Shown here: one piece after another, positions 38,229-48,700 of the stretch
How positions within the stretch are numbered: position 1 is the stretch's first letter
Layout: each line of letters opens with the position of its first letter
Assembly: GCF_044704955.1 (NCBI RefSeq)
Contig: NW_027251843.1
Coordinates: 930,001 to 994,000 of the forward strand
Reading direction: 5' to 3'
DNA from: Pristiophorus japonicus
Lineage: Eukaryota
DNA: 64,000 nucleotides
The notes under the pieces: model-generated
Database searches by the model: none
What the model saw: the letters and a program-made list of their open reading frames with translations, nothing else
What the model was told of the DNA's origin: nothing
Program-made: the position numbers and the translations under genes

Positions 38229-38470
38229 ACTGAAGTCAGATGGATTAAGGCCAAACATCGTTTTGTTGTAAAAAGTATGTAAATGGAGATTTGACTGAAG
38301 ACTGCAATACACCCAAAAGAGCTCAATGGAAAGACGTTTTGTTGTAAAAAGTATGTAAATGGAGATTTGACTGAAGACTGCAATACACCCAAAAGAGCTC
38401 AATGGAAAGAAGAAGAAGCCACCTGTAGTAATGTCTCTGAGTTTATAACAAGAGATATTAAAGGGGGAAG

Positions 38471-39288
38471 TGTAAGGGTTATATGTTTCATGATCGAGGT
38501 GCAGCAAGAGGCCATGGACTAAAATGGCTTAAAAGAAAACCTTTGGGACTGTAGGGAAGGAGAAAGAGCACCAGCCTGGGGCAGGTGGTGACTGATCACT
38601 GATTAATGCGTTTTCTGGGGTCAGGAGTGAGACCCGATTAACATCGAGACAAAGGGTTTGATACAATCAAGCAGAGGAGCCCATGGATTCATTGGCCGGA
38701 GGGGAAAACCAGTTTCCTCTGGAGACTCCCAAGTCTGCGAAAACCCAGGACAACAAAGGATCCCACAAGGCATGCATTCTTGGATAACGGGGCACAAAAG
38801 ATAAGGAGTTATCTTTTGCCCCATCAATTCCATGTGTGAATTGTGGCTGTCCGAACAGATCCAGACCCATCACCACAGCCATCGAGACTCATCCAGCTGC
38901 ATTAACTGAAAGGCAGCCCAGCAGGAGATGTGTATAATCGAATGGATATATCTGTAAGAGCTGAGAACAAAGGTTCAGAGAGAGGAAGAACAGGTCGAAG
39001 AAACATCTCAGACCAGCAGGTCAATGAACTACAGCCACGAAGCAGCAGCAGGGCCACAACACCTTCCCTCGCTCCACGAGCCGACAATGGACAACAGTAG
39101 CAACTGGCTGGATGGGCGATTGTATGTCTTCGGTCAATCTCTAAGAAGTCTTGTTCTGTAATGTTCAGTTGTTTTTTGTGCAACAAAATAACAGTTGGGT
39201 TTAAGCCTAAACTTTGCATTACGTGGAGTCCTTCCTGTAATTCCCGAGGTCTATGAATCAGAGGAGAGTGGAAAATTAACACCTTGCA
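38471..39288 (+). repeat. LTR type 2 (3' LTR of the inner element, right arm)
   Basis: PPT aaagggggaag immediately 5'; TG...CA termini; 818 bp. Confidence 0.85.
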
Positions 39289-39696
39289 GCACATGAGCTC
39301 ATGACCGCGAGGTAAACCGGGACTGGTTGGTCCAGAATCTGTTTGATGTTTTAAAACAGATTCACTGGCAGGCAGCCAGTAACCTGGGGAACCAGCACCG
39401 GGAAACATCGGTTGCTACTTGAGCCCCGGAGAAGCCACGAGTGGAAGGTGGGAGACCAGGTAATGTTCAGGAACTGTGCCCGAGTGGGGGCATTCGAGCC
39501 ACTGTACATGGGGCCTTATAACATCGTAGATAAGGCCAGCCCCATGGTATATGCAGTCAGACTCCCGAAACATACAAAATGCTACCATATCAACCAGTGC
39601 AAGTTGTTTAACCCCGAGGGGGGGAAGACAAAGGCAAAGAGAAACCAGGGCACAATAATGAGCCTGGTGGACGCGGGTCTTCCTCCCATGGTGTAG
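39289..39696 (+). pseudogene. Integrase C-terminal remnant of the outer element
   Basis: ORF 39412..39696 with a GPY motif. Confidence 0.85.
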
Positions 39697-40070
39697 GACG
39701 ATGCTGATGACCCAGATGGCAGGGCAGTAAGGAGAAACAGTCGGATACCACGGCCTAGGGCGCCGTGGACGCCTCCTTACTCACCAGCCGCGAGCCGCAA
39801 GAGGCCCCAACAGGAGAGATTTTAACCGGGGGCACTCGATAACGCGGAACGAACTGTATATATATGTAAATAACGAAAGCCCGACCTGTGGAGGGAAAAA
39901 GCGCTCAGAGAACGGTGGTGCTGTATCTGTTTGTCTTAATCAGGAAATCAGAAGAAACGGGAGCCTGGGTGTAATTGATCAGCTATGGACCCACAATGCA
40001 CCTCCCGCAGCAGAAGACGACGGAATTCGAGATATTTCTGGTTTTGGTGACAAAATATCATTAGGGGGAT

Positions 40071-41196
40071 TGTAGCACCAGCTTTCTGGCCATTTCTATC
40101 AACAATATTTTAATTCCATAAATCCAAATCCCCAAGAAAGAACTGTACTGTTGGCGAGCTTGTGGGGTGGCACTAAGCTGCATTCATATACAACCGGACA
40201 TTTCACACTGACAGGCTGGGTAACAGGGAACCCAGGCCCATTGATGTCATCACCATCTAAAGTGATTACTGGGAACAATACCCCGAGAGGTAACTCAGAG
40301 ACACTGTGCCTTCGCATTATTAAAGCACAGTCACCACTCAGTCCCAACCCAAACTGGTGCAAGGCAGGAAATGGCCGGCCCGTTGTCTTCCAGGAGATAA
40401 GCCGGTTAAGCAAGATCGGTTTGTGATCGAAACCCATTACCTGCTAATGGGGGCCATCAACTCAGGAAACGACAGACATCCAGTAATCAGCACCCATTGT
40501 CTCTCCAGATGCAAGGCCTGGGAGCGGGAAAATAAAACATCATTTTTCACAAAGATTTCAAAGGCTACGAGCCACTCCAGGCCACGGCGGGAAGGGGAGG
40601 AGGAGGGGTCCAGACAGATCACCGGAATCAATCCATCGGTCAGTATTGGCGGGAGGAAAAGTGATGGGTTTTGGGGATATAAGGAGCCACTTTGCAACAA
40701 ACTCCAGCTCAGGTGGAAGAAGCTCAGGAAAAAGCCCAGGAAAAAGCCCAGGAAAAGCTCCAGAAAAGCCCAGGAAAAAGCCCAGGAGCGAGACGTTCAG
40801 GAAGAAGCTGCAATCAAGACAACGGGCAATCAGGGTGAGCATATTGCCTGCGCCTACACATCCGCAACACCACTTAGCTGTGTGAGGGAGTGATTGTAAG
40901 TCCCAACCAAACCCAAGGGGTTTAGTGCTGGGCGGCGGGGGGGGGGTCCTGTGTTAGTTTATTTCACGGGACGGTCCTTTTATTAAGCCGTGGTAACTTA
41001 GCACGGCAGGGCTTATTGGACAAGCCAGGGATGTACTGTTTTGCACTGTTTATGAGTGGTGTTGTTAATCTTATTAAACACAATACGGTTGAACCCGAAA
41101 AACGTGTGTCTGAGTCTCATCTGTCCATATAATCCCTATCGTCCAGAACTTGTAGAAGGAGGTGCGTTTTTGGTACGGCTGAGAGAACCACCTACA
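40071..41196 (+). repeat. LTR type 3 (3' LTR of the outer element, right arm)
   Basis: PPT aggggga, then TGTAGC...CCTACA; TATA 'gatataag' near 40676; 12-bp GAAAAAGCCCAG repeats. Confidence 0.8.
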
Positions 41197-41199
41197 GGC

Positions 41200-41450
41200 A
41201 ACCCCTCAGTACTGCCCCTCCGACAGTGCAGCACTTCCTCAGTACTGCCTCTCTCACAGTGCAGCACTCCCTCAGTACTGTCTCTCTGATAATGCAGCAC
41301 TCCCTCAGTACTGCCCCTCTGACAGTGCAGCACTCCCCTCAGAACTGCCCCTCTGACAGTGCGGCACTCCCTCAGTACTGCTCCTGCGACAGTGCGGCAC
41401 TCCCTCAGTACTGCCCCTCTGACAGTGCAGCACTCCCTCAGGACTGCACA
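41200..41450 (-). repeat. 33-bp SINE-derived minisatellite (~7 units)
   Basis: Reverse complement of the unit at 12423-13000. Confidence 0.95.
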
Positions 41451-43478
41451 GTAATGTATGTCTTTATTTTGCACTCAGGTCCCTGGAGTGGGGCTTGAAC
41501 CCACGATACAACATTGCATCTCTGGATGCTGCACAGTCTGAGCTGTGAGTCATATCCCGACCTCAGTTGGAACAGCTAACTCAGAACAAACAATAACAGC
41601 AACTTTTATGCAGCACCTTTAACACAGTAAAACTCCCCGAGTGCTTCACAGGAGCATTGTTGTTATGTATTTAACCCCTTTTAACATTGTAACCTGCATC
41701 ACACCTGCCCACCAGAGGGCCTGCCTGCCCTGTTGGAGTCCCAAGGGATCCCAGCATCCCTTGGCAGTATAGTATATAAGCAGGCCACCCATGAGGTACC
41801 TGCACTCTGTAACTACAGTAAAGGAGCTAAGGTCACACTTGCTCATTACACACAGTAATCGGTCTGAGCATTTATTATGAGCATAACAATTGGTGACGAG
41901 ATAACGAACCGCGCGTAAATGCAAAGAACAGTTGGCATCCTGGAGAAGTTCTCGGAGGGGGATGATAGGGAGGACTATGTGGAGAGACTCGACCAATACT
42001 TCTTAGCCAACAAGCTGGAAGGGGACGAGAATGCAACCAAACGATGGGCGATCCTCCTAACCGTCTGTAGGGCCACTACCTATGGCCTCATGAAGAATAT
42101 CCTGGCCCCGGCTAAACCAACAGATAAATCCTATGAAGAACTGTGTACGCTGGTCCAGGAGCACCTAAATCCTAAGGAAAGCCTTTTGATGGTGAAATAT
42201 TGGTTATACACGTGTCAACGATCGGGGGACCAGGAAGTGGCGAGCTACGTCACCGAACTAAGGCACCTTGCAGAACATTGTGAGTTTGAGGCATTCCGAG
42301 AACAAATGCTCAGAGACTTTTTTGTACTGGGCATTGGACATGAGACAATCTTTCGCAAGCTTGTTGACTGTAGAAACAGCGAATCTGAATAAAGCCATAA
42401 CGATAGCCTAAGCATTTATGTCCACCAGCGGCAACACCAAGCAGATTTCGCAGAACAAAGAAGTTTTGGCCAGTACTGTGCATAAAGTAACGTCGGTTTT
42501 GAGCAGAAATGTACATGGCAGAATGTACACACCGGCTGCTGTGGCCTGACCTCAATTGACCCAGAATCCGTCATCATCTGTTAATACGAGGCAGTTAACA
42601 CCCTGTTGGTGCTGCGGAGGTGATCATCGGCCCCATCAATGCCGCTTTAAGCACTATGTATGCAATGGTTGCAGAACAATGGGACACCTCCAATGAATGT
42701 GCAGGCGAGCTGCAAACCCTGCAAACCACCACGTTGCAGAGGAAGATCGGTCCACAGTGGATCAGATGGAATTGAAAACTCATACTGAGGAGGCAGAGGT
42801 GTATGGGGTACACACGTTCACGACGCAATGCCCACCAATAATGTTGAAAGTTGAACTGAATGGTATTCCAGTGTCAATGGAGCGGTACACGGGAGCAAGT
42901 CAGTCCATAATGAGTAAAACAGCCTTCGACAGGCTGTGGGGGAAGAAGGCACCCAGATCTGTCTGCTCCACTGTGGACCGATCTTCCTCTGCAACGTGGT
43001 AATTTGCAGGGTTTGCAGGGTTTGTAGCTCACCTGCACATTCGTTGGAAGTGTCCCATTGTTCTGCAGCCATTGCACACAGGCCCAAGCTCAGCCCCATT
43101 CACACGAAGTTAAGGACTTATACAAGGGAACTAATCTCGGTAATTGGCAGTGCTGAAGTCAAAGTCTCCTATGATGGAGCAGTACACGAACTCCCGCTAT
43201 GGATTGTGCCATGGGATGGCCCCACGTTATTTGGCAGAAGCTGGCTGGGGAAAATCCGCTGGAACTGGGACAACATCCGAGCGCTTTCGTCAGTTGATGA
43301 CACCGCATGTACCCAGGTTCTAAGCAAGTTCTCATCGTTATTCGAGCCAGGCATTGGAAGTTTCTCGGGGACGCAAGTGCAGATCCATTTGGTTCCTGGT
43401 ACGCGACCGATCCACCACAAGGCTCGGGCGGTACCGTACATGAAGCATGAAAAAGTGGAAATCGAGCTGGACAGGCTG

Positions 43479-43954
43479 TGTCGAAGAAATTTTAGCTTAA
43501 ATTAACTCAGCGGAGACTTTCAGAGCCGTGCTTCGAGAGAAAGTTTATTTCTAACGAGATATCTCGGAGAGCCCGCTTAGTCCACACTAAGGCAGAGCTC
43601 TGACTTTTACAGGAAAACCCGCGCTATATTTATACAGTAAAAAGAGGAGTTTTATCTTCAAATTCCACACATTAACATTAATCATATTACTCCGAGAATA
43701 CAAAGGTCATCCCGGAAGGCACACATTATCTGTTCTTGCATAGTTTCTCCCTGTCTGTGTCAATAATCAGTTTCTCCCTGTCTGTGTCAATAATCAGTTT
43801 TAGGAGACTCATGCAGGGAACAGATAATCAGTTTTTGTTTTCTTAAGACAAAGAAGTTCGGGTGTTTTCTCTAGCTCCATTATTTCTACAATATCAGCAA
43901 GAAGTGATTTTAACCCTTCCCTTTACCATACTACAGAGATCGTTTTCTTCCACA
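43479..43954 (-). repeat. ERV 3' LTR
   Basis: TG..CA termini; minus-strand AATAAA at 43544-43549; PPT AAGGAGGGAG adjacent; 27-bp tandem duplication in U3. Confidence 0.97.
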
Positions 43955-44003
43955 ACTCCCTCCTTGTTGATCTTTATAACCGATCAACACAGTTTCTTTT
44001 TCT

Positions 44004-45491
44004 TTATTGAAAAGGGGGTTCATATCCTTCGGGGTAGGGTCGCATCTTGAGGCATTCTACTTCGTCATATTCATCTAATTTTTCTTCTATGCGGCTTAAC
44101 CTTCCTTTCACAAACATACTTTTCCCTTCTACTTGGGATACTAGGCCCATTACCTGGTTAATTAGCCTTTTTACTTTTATCCACATCCCACACATGATTA
44201 TTAGTAATATAAGCATAACCACACCTACGATTACTATGGGGTATATAGCAAGCTTCAGTACTGCTGAAGCTTTGGGGGACCATCTGGAAAACACATCCCA
44301 CCAGTGGTGTACTGTCAGGGAGGTGACTGCATTCGCGATTCTTACTAGTTGTCCCTTCTTGTAACTCATTTCTATTTTGAACTGGTGGATGTCTTGGCCC
44401 CTTTTGGACAGAGCCTCCTCTATTTGTTTGTCATTTTTTATCAAATTGTGCAATCTGGTCAAATTAATTACAGGGGGTAAAGGATCAATTTTGTGCACAG
44501 ACAGATATTTTACTACATTCTGCCACTGCCCAAAAGTATAAGTTCTTCTTTCTTCTGGATCATACAGGGTGTAGACTTCTCTCACACATGTATTAATGGG
44601 GGGTTTATACAGAATTCCGTCCAGGTAGACAGGTCTATTTCCCGTCAGACAGACCTCATTCTGTCCTACTTCAGAAATATCGGTGTCATTGGTCGGTTTT
44701 AGTTCCCATCTACATATTCCAGTGGGGTGCTGTAGAGAGCATGGTTCATGTATGGCAGTCTGATAGGGACACACCATTCCGAACGGCCACCTAGCACATC
44801 CCCTGTCGTGATGTGTTAGATTCTTTTCATCAACCCAGTCTCCTTTAAATTCTGGATACCAGAAGTTTCGTCCGAACAACTGGGGTATTATTTGGAACTG
44901 ACACCATATTTCTCCTTTTGTCTTATTTACTATTTCCATAGTGATGTTACATCCTTTTAAATCGCAACCAGTATATTTTTCTTGGGGTTTAATGGTTAAA
45001 TTTAGAAGTTTATCTTTCTGATTGATTTCCAGTAATCTCTCCCATGTGTTAGCATGGAAGGATAGTACTTTCCTTTCTAGCTCGGCTCTCAGTAACTGTC
45101 TGATCATCTCCCTGAACATGCAATGGGTGTACTTATTTACTTCCTTTTGTTCCTTCATTAGGTTTTCTATTTCCTTCTCTATCTTTTCATTCTGCCCCCA
45201 GGTCATTTTGTCTGTGATATAACCTGATACCTGCAATTGCTGTAATCCTTCATCCCAGGCATTTCTTATTTTTATGCCTTTCCCCACTCCACAAGCTTTG
45301 CACATTACTGTGAAGTTCCCTATTTTACAATTTTTTCCTTCTGGGCACACAAAGTTATCTTGCCGTTCTGACCTATCACTTCTTTCCCACTCCATATCTC
45401 CCTTCCATTCTTTTCCTTCTTCCTGTCTGACTCTTCCTACTGCTAAAATGATCAGAATGCCCAATGTCCGCTTACAGCTTTTCCGCCTCAT
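44004..45491 (-). CDS. env: Envelope glycoprotein (ERV-S/SnRV-type), 495 aa, no furin site or fusion peptide evident
   Basis: Signal-like LGILIILAVG; Cys-rich ectodomain; heptad repeat; HHWWDVFSRWSP membrane-proximal motif; TM IVIVGVVMLILLIIMCGMWI. Confidence 0.88.
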   Translation of the reverse strand: MRRKSCKRTLGILIILAVGRVRQEEGKEWKGDMEWERSDRSERQDNFVCPEGKNCKIGNFTVMCKACGVGKGIKIRNAWDEGLQQLQVSGYITDKMTWGQNEKIEKEIENLMKEQKEVNKYTHCMFREMIRQLLRAELERKVLSFHANTWERLLEINQKDKLLNLTIKPQEKYTGCDLKGCNITMEIVNKTKGEIWCQFQIIPQLFGRNFWYPEFKGDWVDEKNLTHHDRGCARWPFGMVCPYQTAIHEPCSLQHPTGICRWELKPTNDTDISEVGQNEVCLTGNRPVYLDGILYKPPINTCVREVYTLYDPEERRTYTFGQWQNVVKYLSVHKIDPLPPVINLTRLHNLIKNDKQIEEALSKRGQDIHQFKIEMSYKKGQLVRIANAVTSLTVHHWWDVFSRWSPKASAVLKLAIYPIVIVGVVMLILLIIMCGMWIKVKRLINQVMGLVSQVEGKSMFVKGRLSRIEEKLDEYDEVECLKMRPYPEGYEPPFQ

Positions 45492-45618
45492 CTTCCCTTT
45501 TTTCTCTGTTTCTATAACACTCCTGTATTAATTTGTTAAAATAACAGCACGCAAGCACGAGGGTAACAGTGATCCAAATAATAAAGGCCCAAATTGGCAT
45601 ACAAGCAAGTTCTGACAT
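45472..45618 (-). CDS. 48-aa single-pass membrane accessory protein between pol and env (below the ORF-track cutoff)
   Basis: Manual translation MSELACMPIWAFIIWITVTLVLACCYFNKLIQECYRNREKREDEAEKL*; first ATG after a candidate branch point/acceptor; overlaps the env start by 20 nt. Confidence 0.65.
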   Translation of the reverse strand: MSELACMPIWAFIIWITVTLVLACCYFNKLIQECYRNREKREDEAEKL

Positions 45619-45751
45619 CCGGCCTGAACTCTGGGTGTCTTATTTTAGGTTCAATGTACCCTTGCGAAGGGTCACAAAAGAGGGGTCAGTACAGTTCTTT
45701 GGTGAGAAGATGGCCGTCTTCTCGGGTAGGTAACCGTAGTACGTCCTAGTT

Positions 45752-48700
45752 CTATGTCTCTTCTTTTGGCTGTGATTTGTTGGGGAAGTAATATTTACAA
45801 CGGGTTGCATGCACCCAGTTTGGATGCTTTTCCAATTTCAATGCCGTTCTCGTCGTGAGAATTATCTGATACGGTCCTTTCCACCTAGGAGAAAAAGATT
45901 CTTTGTTTAATGTTTTCACTAACACTTGGTCTCCTGGCTTGAATGGGTGCATATTTCCTTCCGACAGGGGCACCTGTGTCTGCTTTATCTGTTCATGCAG
46001 ACTTCTTGCTATTTCACACATGGCCTGAGCATACTTTAGTGATTTTTCATCATTCCAAATTAATGCTACCTTTTCCGCTACCAGTGGTGGTTTTACTCCG
46101 GTAGGCATTGGCCTTCCCAATAAGGCTTCATGCGGTGTCAAACCAGTGTTTCGGTTTTTCTGGTTTCTTAATGTATATAGTACCAACGGTAGGGCGTCTG
46201 GCCATTTTAATCCTGTCTCCTTACATACCTTGGTAAGGGTAGATTTTATTATCCCATTTACTCTCTCTACTATTCCTGAAGACTGAGGTTGATATGGTAT
46301 ATGTAACTTCCACTGGAAACCTAACGCTTCTGCAAGATTTTGCACTATTTTTCCGGTGAAGTGTGTTCCCCTGTCACTGTTGATTCCCATAGGTATCCCA
46401 TATCTTGGTACTATTTCTTTAAATAGAATCTTTACTACTGTTCGGGCATCGTCTCTCCTAGTGGCGTACGCTTCTACCCACCTTGTGAACATGTCTACTA
46501 TGACTAATAGGTACTTAAAACCTGATACTGGAGGCATGTGGACAAAATCAATTTGCAAATTTTCAAAGGGCATACTTGGCTGGGGTAGATGATCATATTC
46601 AGCAGGTGTTTTACCTCTGTTATTTTGTTGACAAATTTGGCATGTTCTAGCAACTTTTTCAATTACCACTGTTATTCCTGGTGCATACCACTGTGCATTA
46701 ATAGCATGCATCATCCCTCCTTTGCCCATGTGAGCCTGACCATGTGCTAGGCGAGACAGGGGCAAGAATAGAGATCTAGGGCAAACAGTTCGCCCATCAG
46801 GGTGATACCAAATGTCATTTTTTAGAAAGCAACCCTGGTTTTCCCAAGTCCTTCTTTCTTGCATAGTAACTTGTTGTTGGGCTGTTTTAAGTAGTTGGAC
46901 GTCAAGTGTCTGTGGAAGGGTGACTGAGACTGCTTGAAGGCAGTCTGTCTGTGCCGAAGCGACCTGTTTGGCTGCTTCATCAGCCCTCCTATTTCCCACT
47001 GACACTTCATCCTCACCGATTGTGTGTGCTGCACATTTGATAACGGCTACCTTATTTGGCAACTGAATGGCGTCTAATAGATTAAGCACCAATTGAGAGT
47101 GCTTAATATGCTTTCCACCAGAGGTGATAAAGCCTCTGTTTTTCCATAGTTGTCCAAAATCATGGACCACACCGAATGCATATCTAGAATCAGTATAGAT
47201 ATTGGTAGTTTGATCTTTTGCTATTATACAAGCTCCGGTGAGGGCAAATAATTCAGCAGCCTGAGCCGAGGTTCCAGGAGGCAGGGCAAATGCTTCAACA
47301 GTTTCATGGGGGCTTACAATTGCATAGCCTGACAAAAGCAAATTATCTGATGGTCTGTACGATGACCCATCCGTATAGAGAATGAGATCAGGATTGTCCA
47401 TGGGCTCTGTGAGCAAATCTGGTCTCGGCAAGGTGGCTAATTCCACTGTTAACAGACAGTCATGCTGGTCTGGATCCTCTATTTCTCTAGTGGGAACAAA
47501 AGTGGCGGGGTTTACTATCGGCGCGCGTTGAAAGGTGTAGTTAGAGTGTGATAGCAGCAGTACTTCATAACCTGTTCTTCTAGATGCTGTGAAATGCTGG
47601 GTGGCGGCAGAGTTCAATAGTAATAGCACTGCATGAGCGGTAACGACAGTACACGGATAGTCCAAAACAATAGGTACTGACTTCTCCACCATGACCGCAG
47701 TAGCGGCTACAGCGCGTAGACATGCTGGCATTCCCCTCACTACTGGAGGAAGTAAAACCGAATAATAGGCCACTGGTCTATTTCCCCCACCATGTTCTTG
47801 GGTTAATACCGCCGTTGCAAATCCTTCTTTCTCATTCACATACATCTGAAAGGGTTTAGAATAGTTTGGAAGTCCCAATGCCGGAGCGTTAGTGATAGCT
47901 TTCTTTAACTGCTCAAACACCTCCTCCTTCTCTGGGGTCCACTCTACCTTGGGTGGGGCATCATTTAGGGCAGCTGATCTTAGGACCGCATCCCATTCTC
48001 GATAATCAGGGATCCACTGTCTGCAGTACCCCACCATCCCCAAAAAAGACAAAATATCCTTTTTTGTCTTTGGTATGGGGATACTCTGAATAGTCTGAAT
48101 TCTTTCGGGTCCTAGCTGCCTCTGCCCTTGAGATATGTGGAAACCCAGGTACTGGACTTGAGTCTGGCAAAATTGTAGCTTTTGTAATGATACTCGGTGC
48201 CCTCTTTCACATAGGTGTTGTAATAATTTCAGGGAATCTTGCATGCATCTGTATCCGTGGCTGGAAGCCACAAGCAAATCATCCGCATATTGTAACAGTA
48301 CAGACTGGTCTGATAATAAACAGTCTTCTAGGTCTCTTTTTACTGCTGCTGCATATACTGCGGGGCTTTCGGTGTACCCTTGGGGCAACCGGGTCCATGT
48401 GTACTGCTGTTTCTTGTAGGTGAAAGCAAACAGATACTGACTCTCTTGATTTACTGGGATGGAGAAAAAGGCTGAGCACAAATCTATCACAGTAAAGACA
48501 GTTGCTGTTGGTGGGATGGCAGATAGCACAATGTTGGTGTCCGGTACCACAGGGGTGATAGGGACTACTATCTTATTAATAGCTCTTAGATCTTGCACAA
48601 ATCTCCACTCATTCGGCCTATTAACCTTTGGTATGGGCAGTATCGGAGTGTTACACGGGCTCTGTGTCTTTTCTAGAACTCCTTGTTCCAACAATGCAGA

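Larger units (their letters stand above)
31283..41655 (+). repeat. Right arm of the inverted segmental duplication
   Basis: Reverse complement of 12217-22760; ends where the Gypsy LTR begins. Confidence 0.95.
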
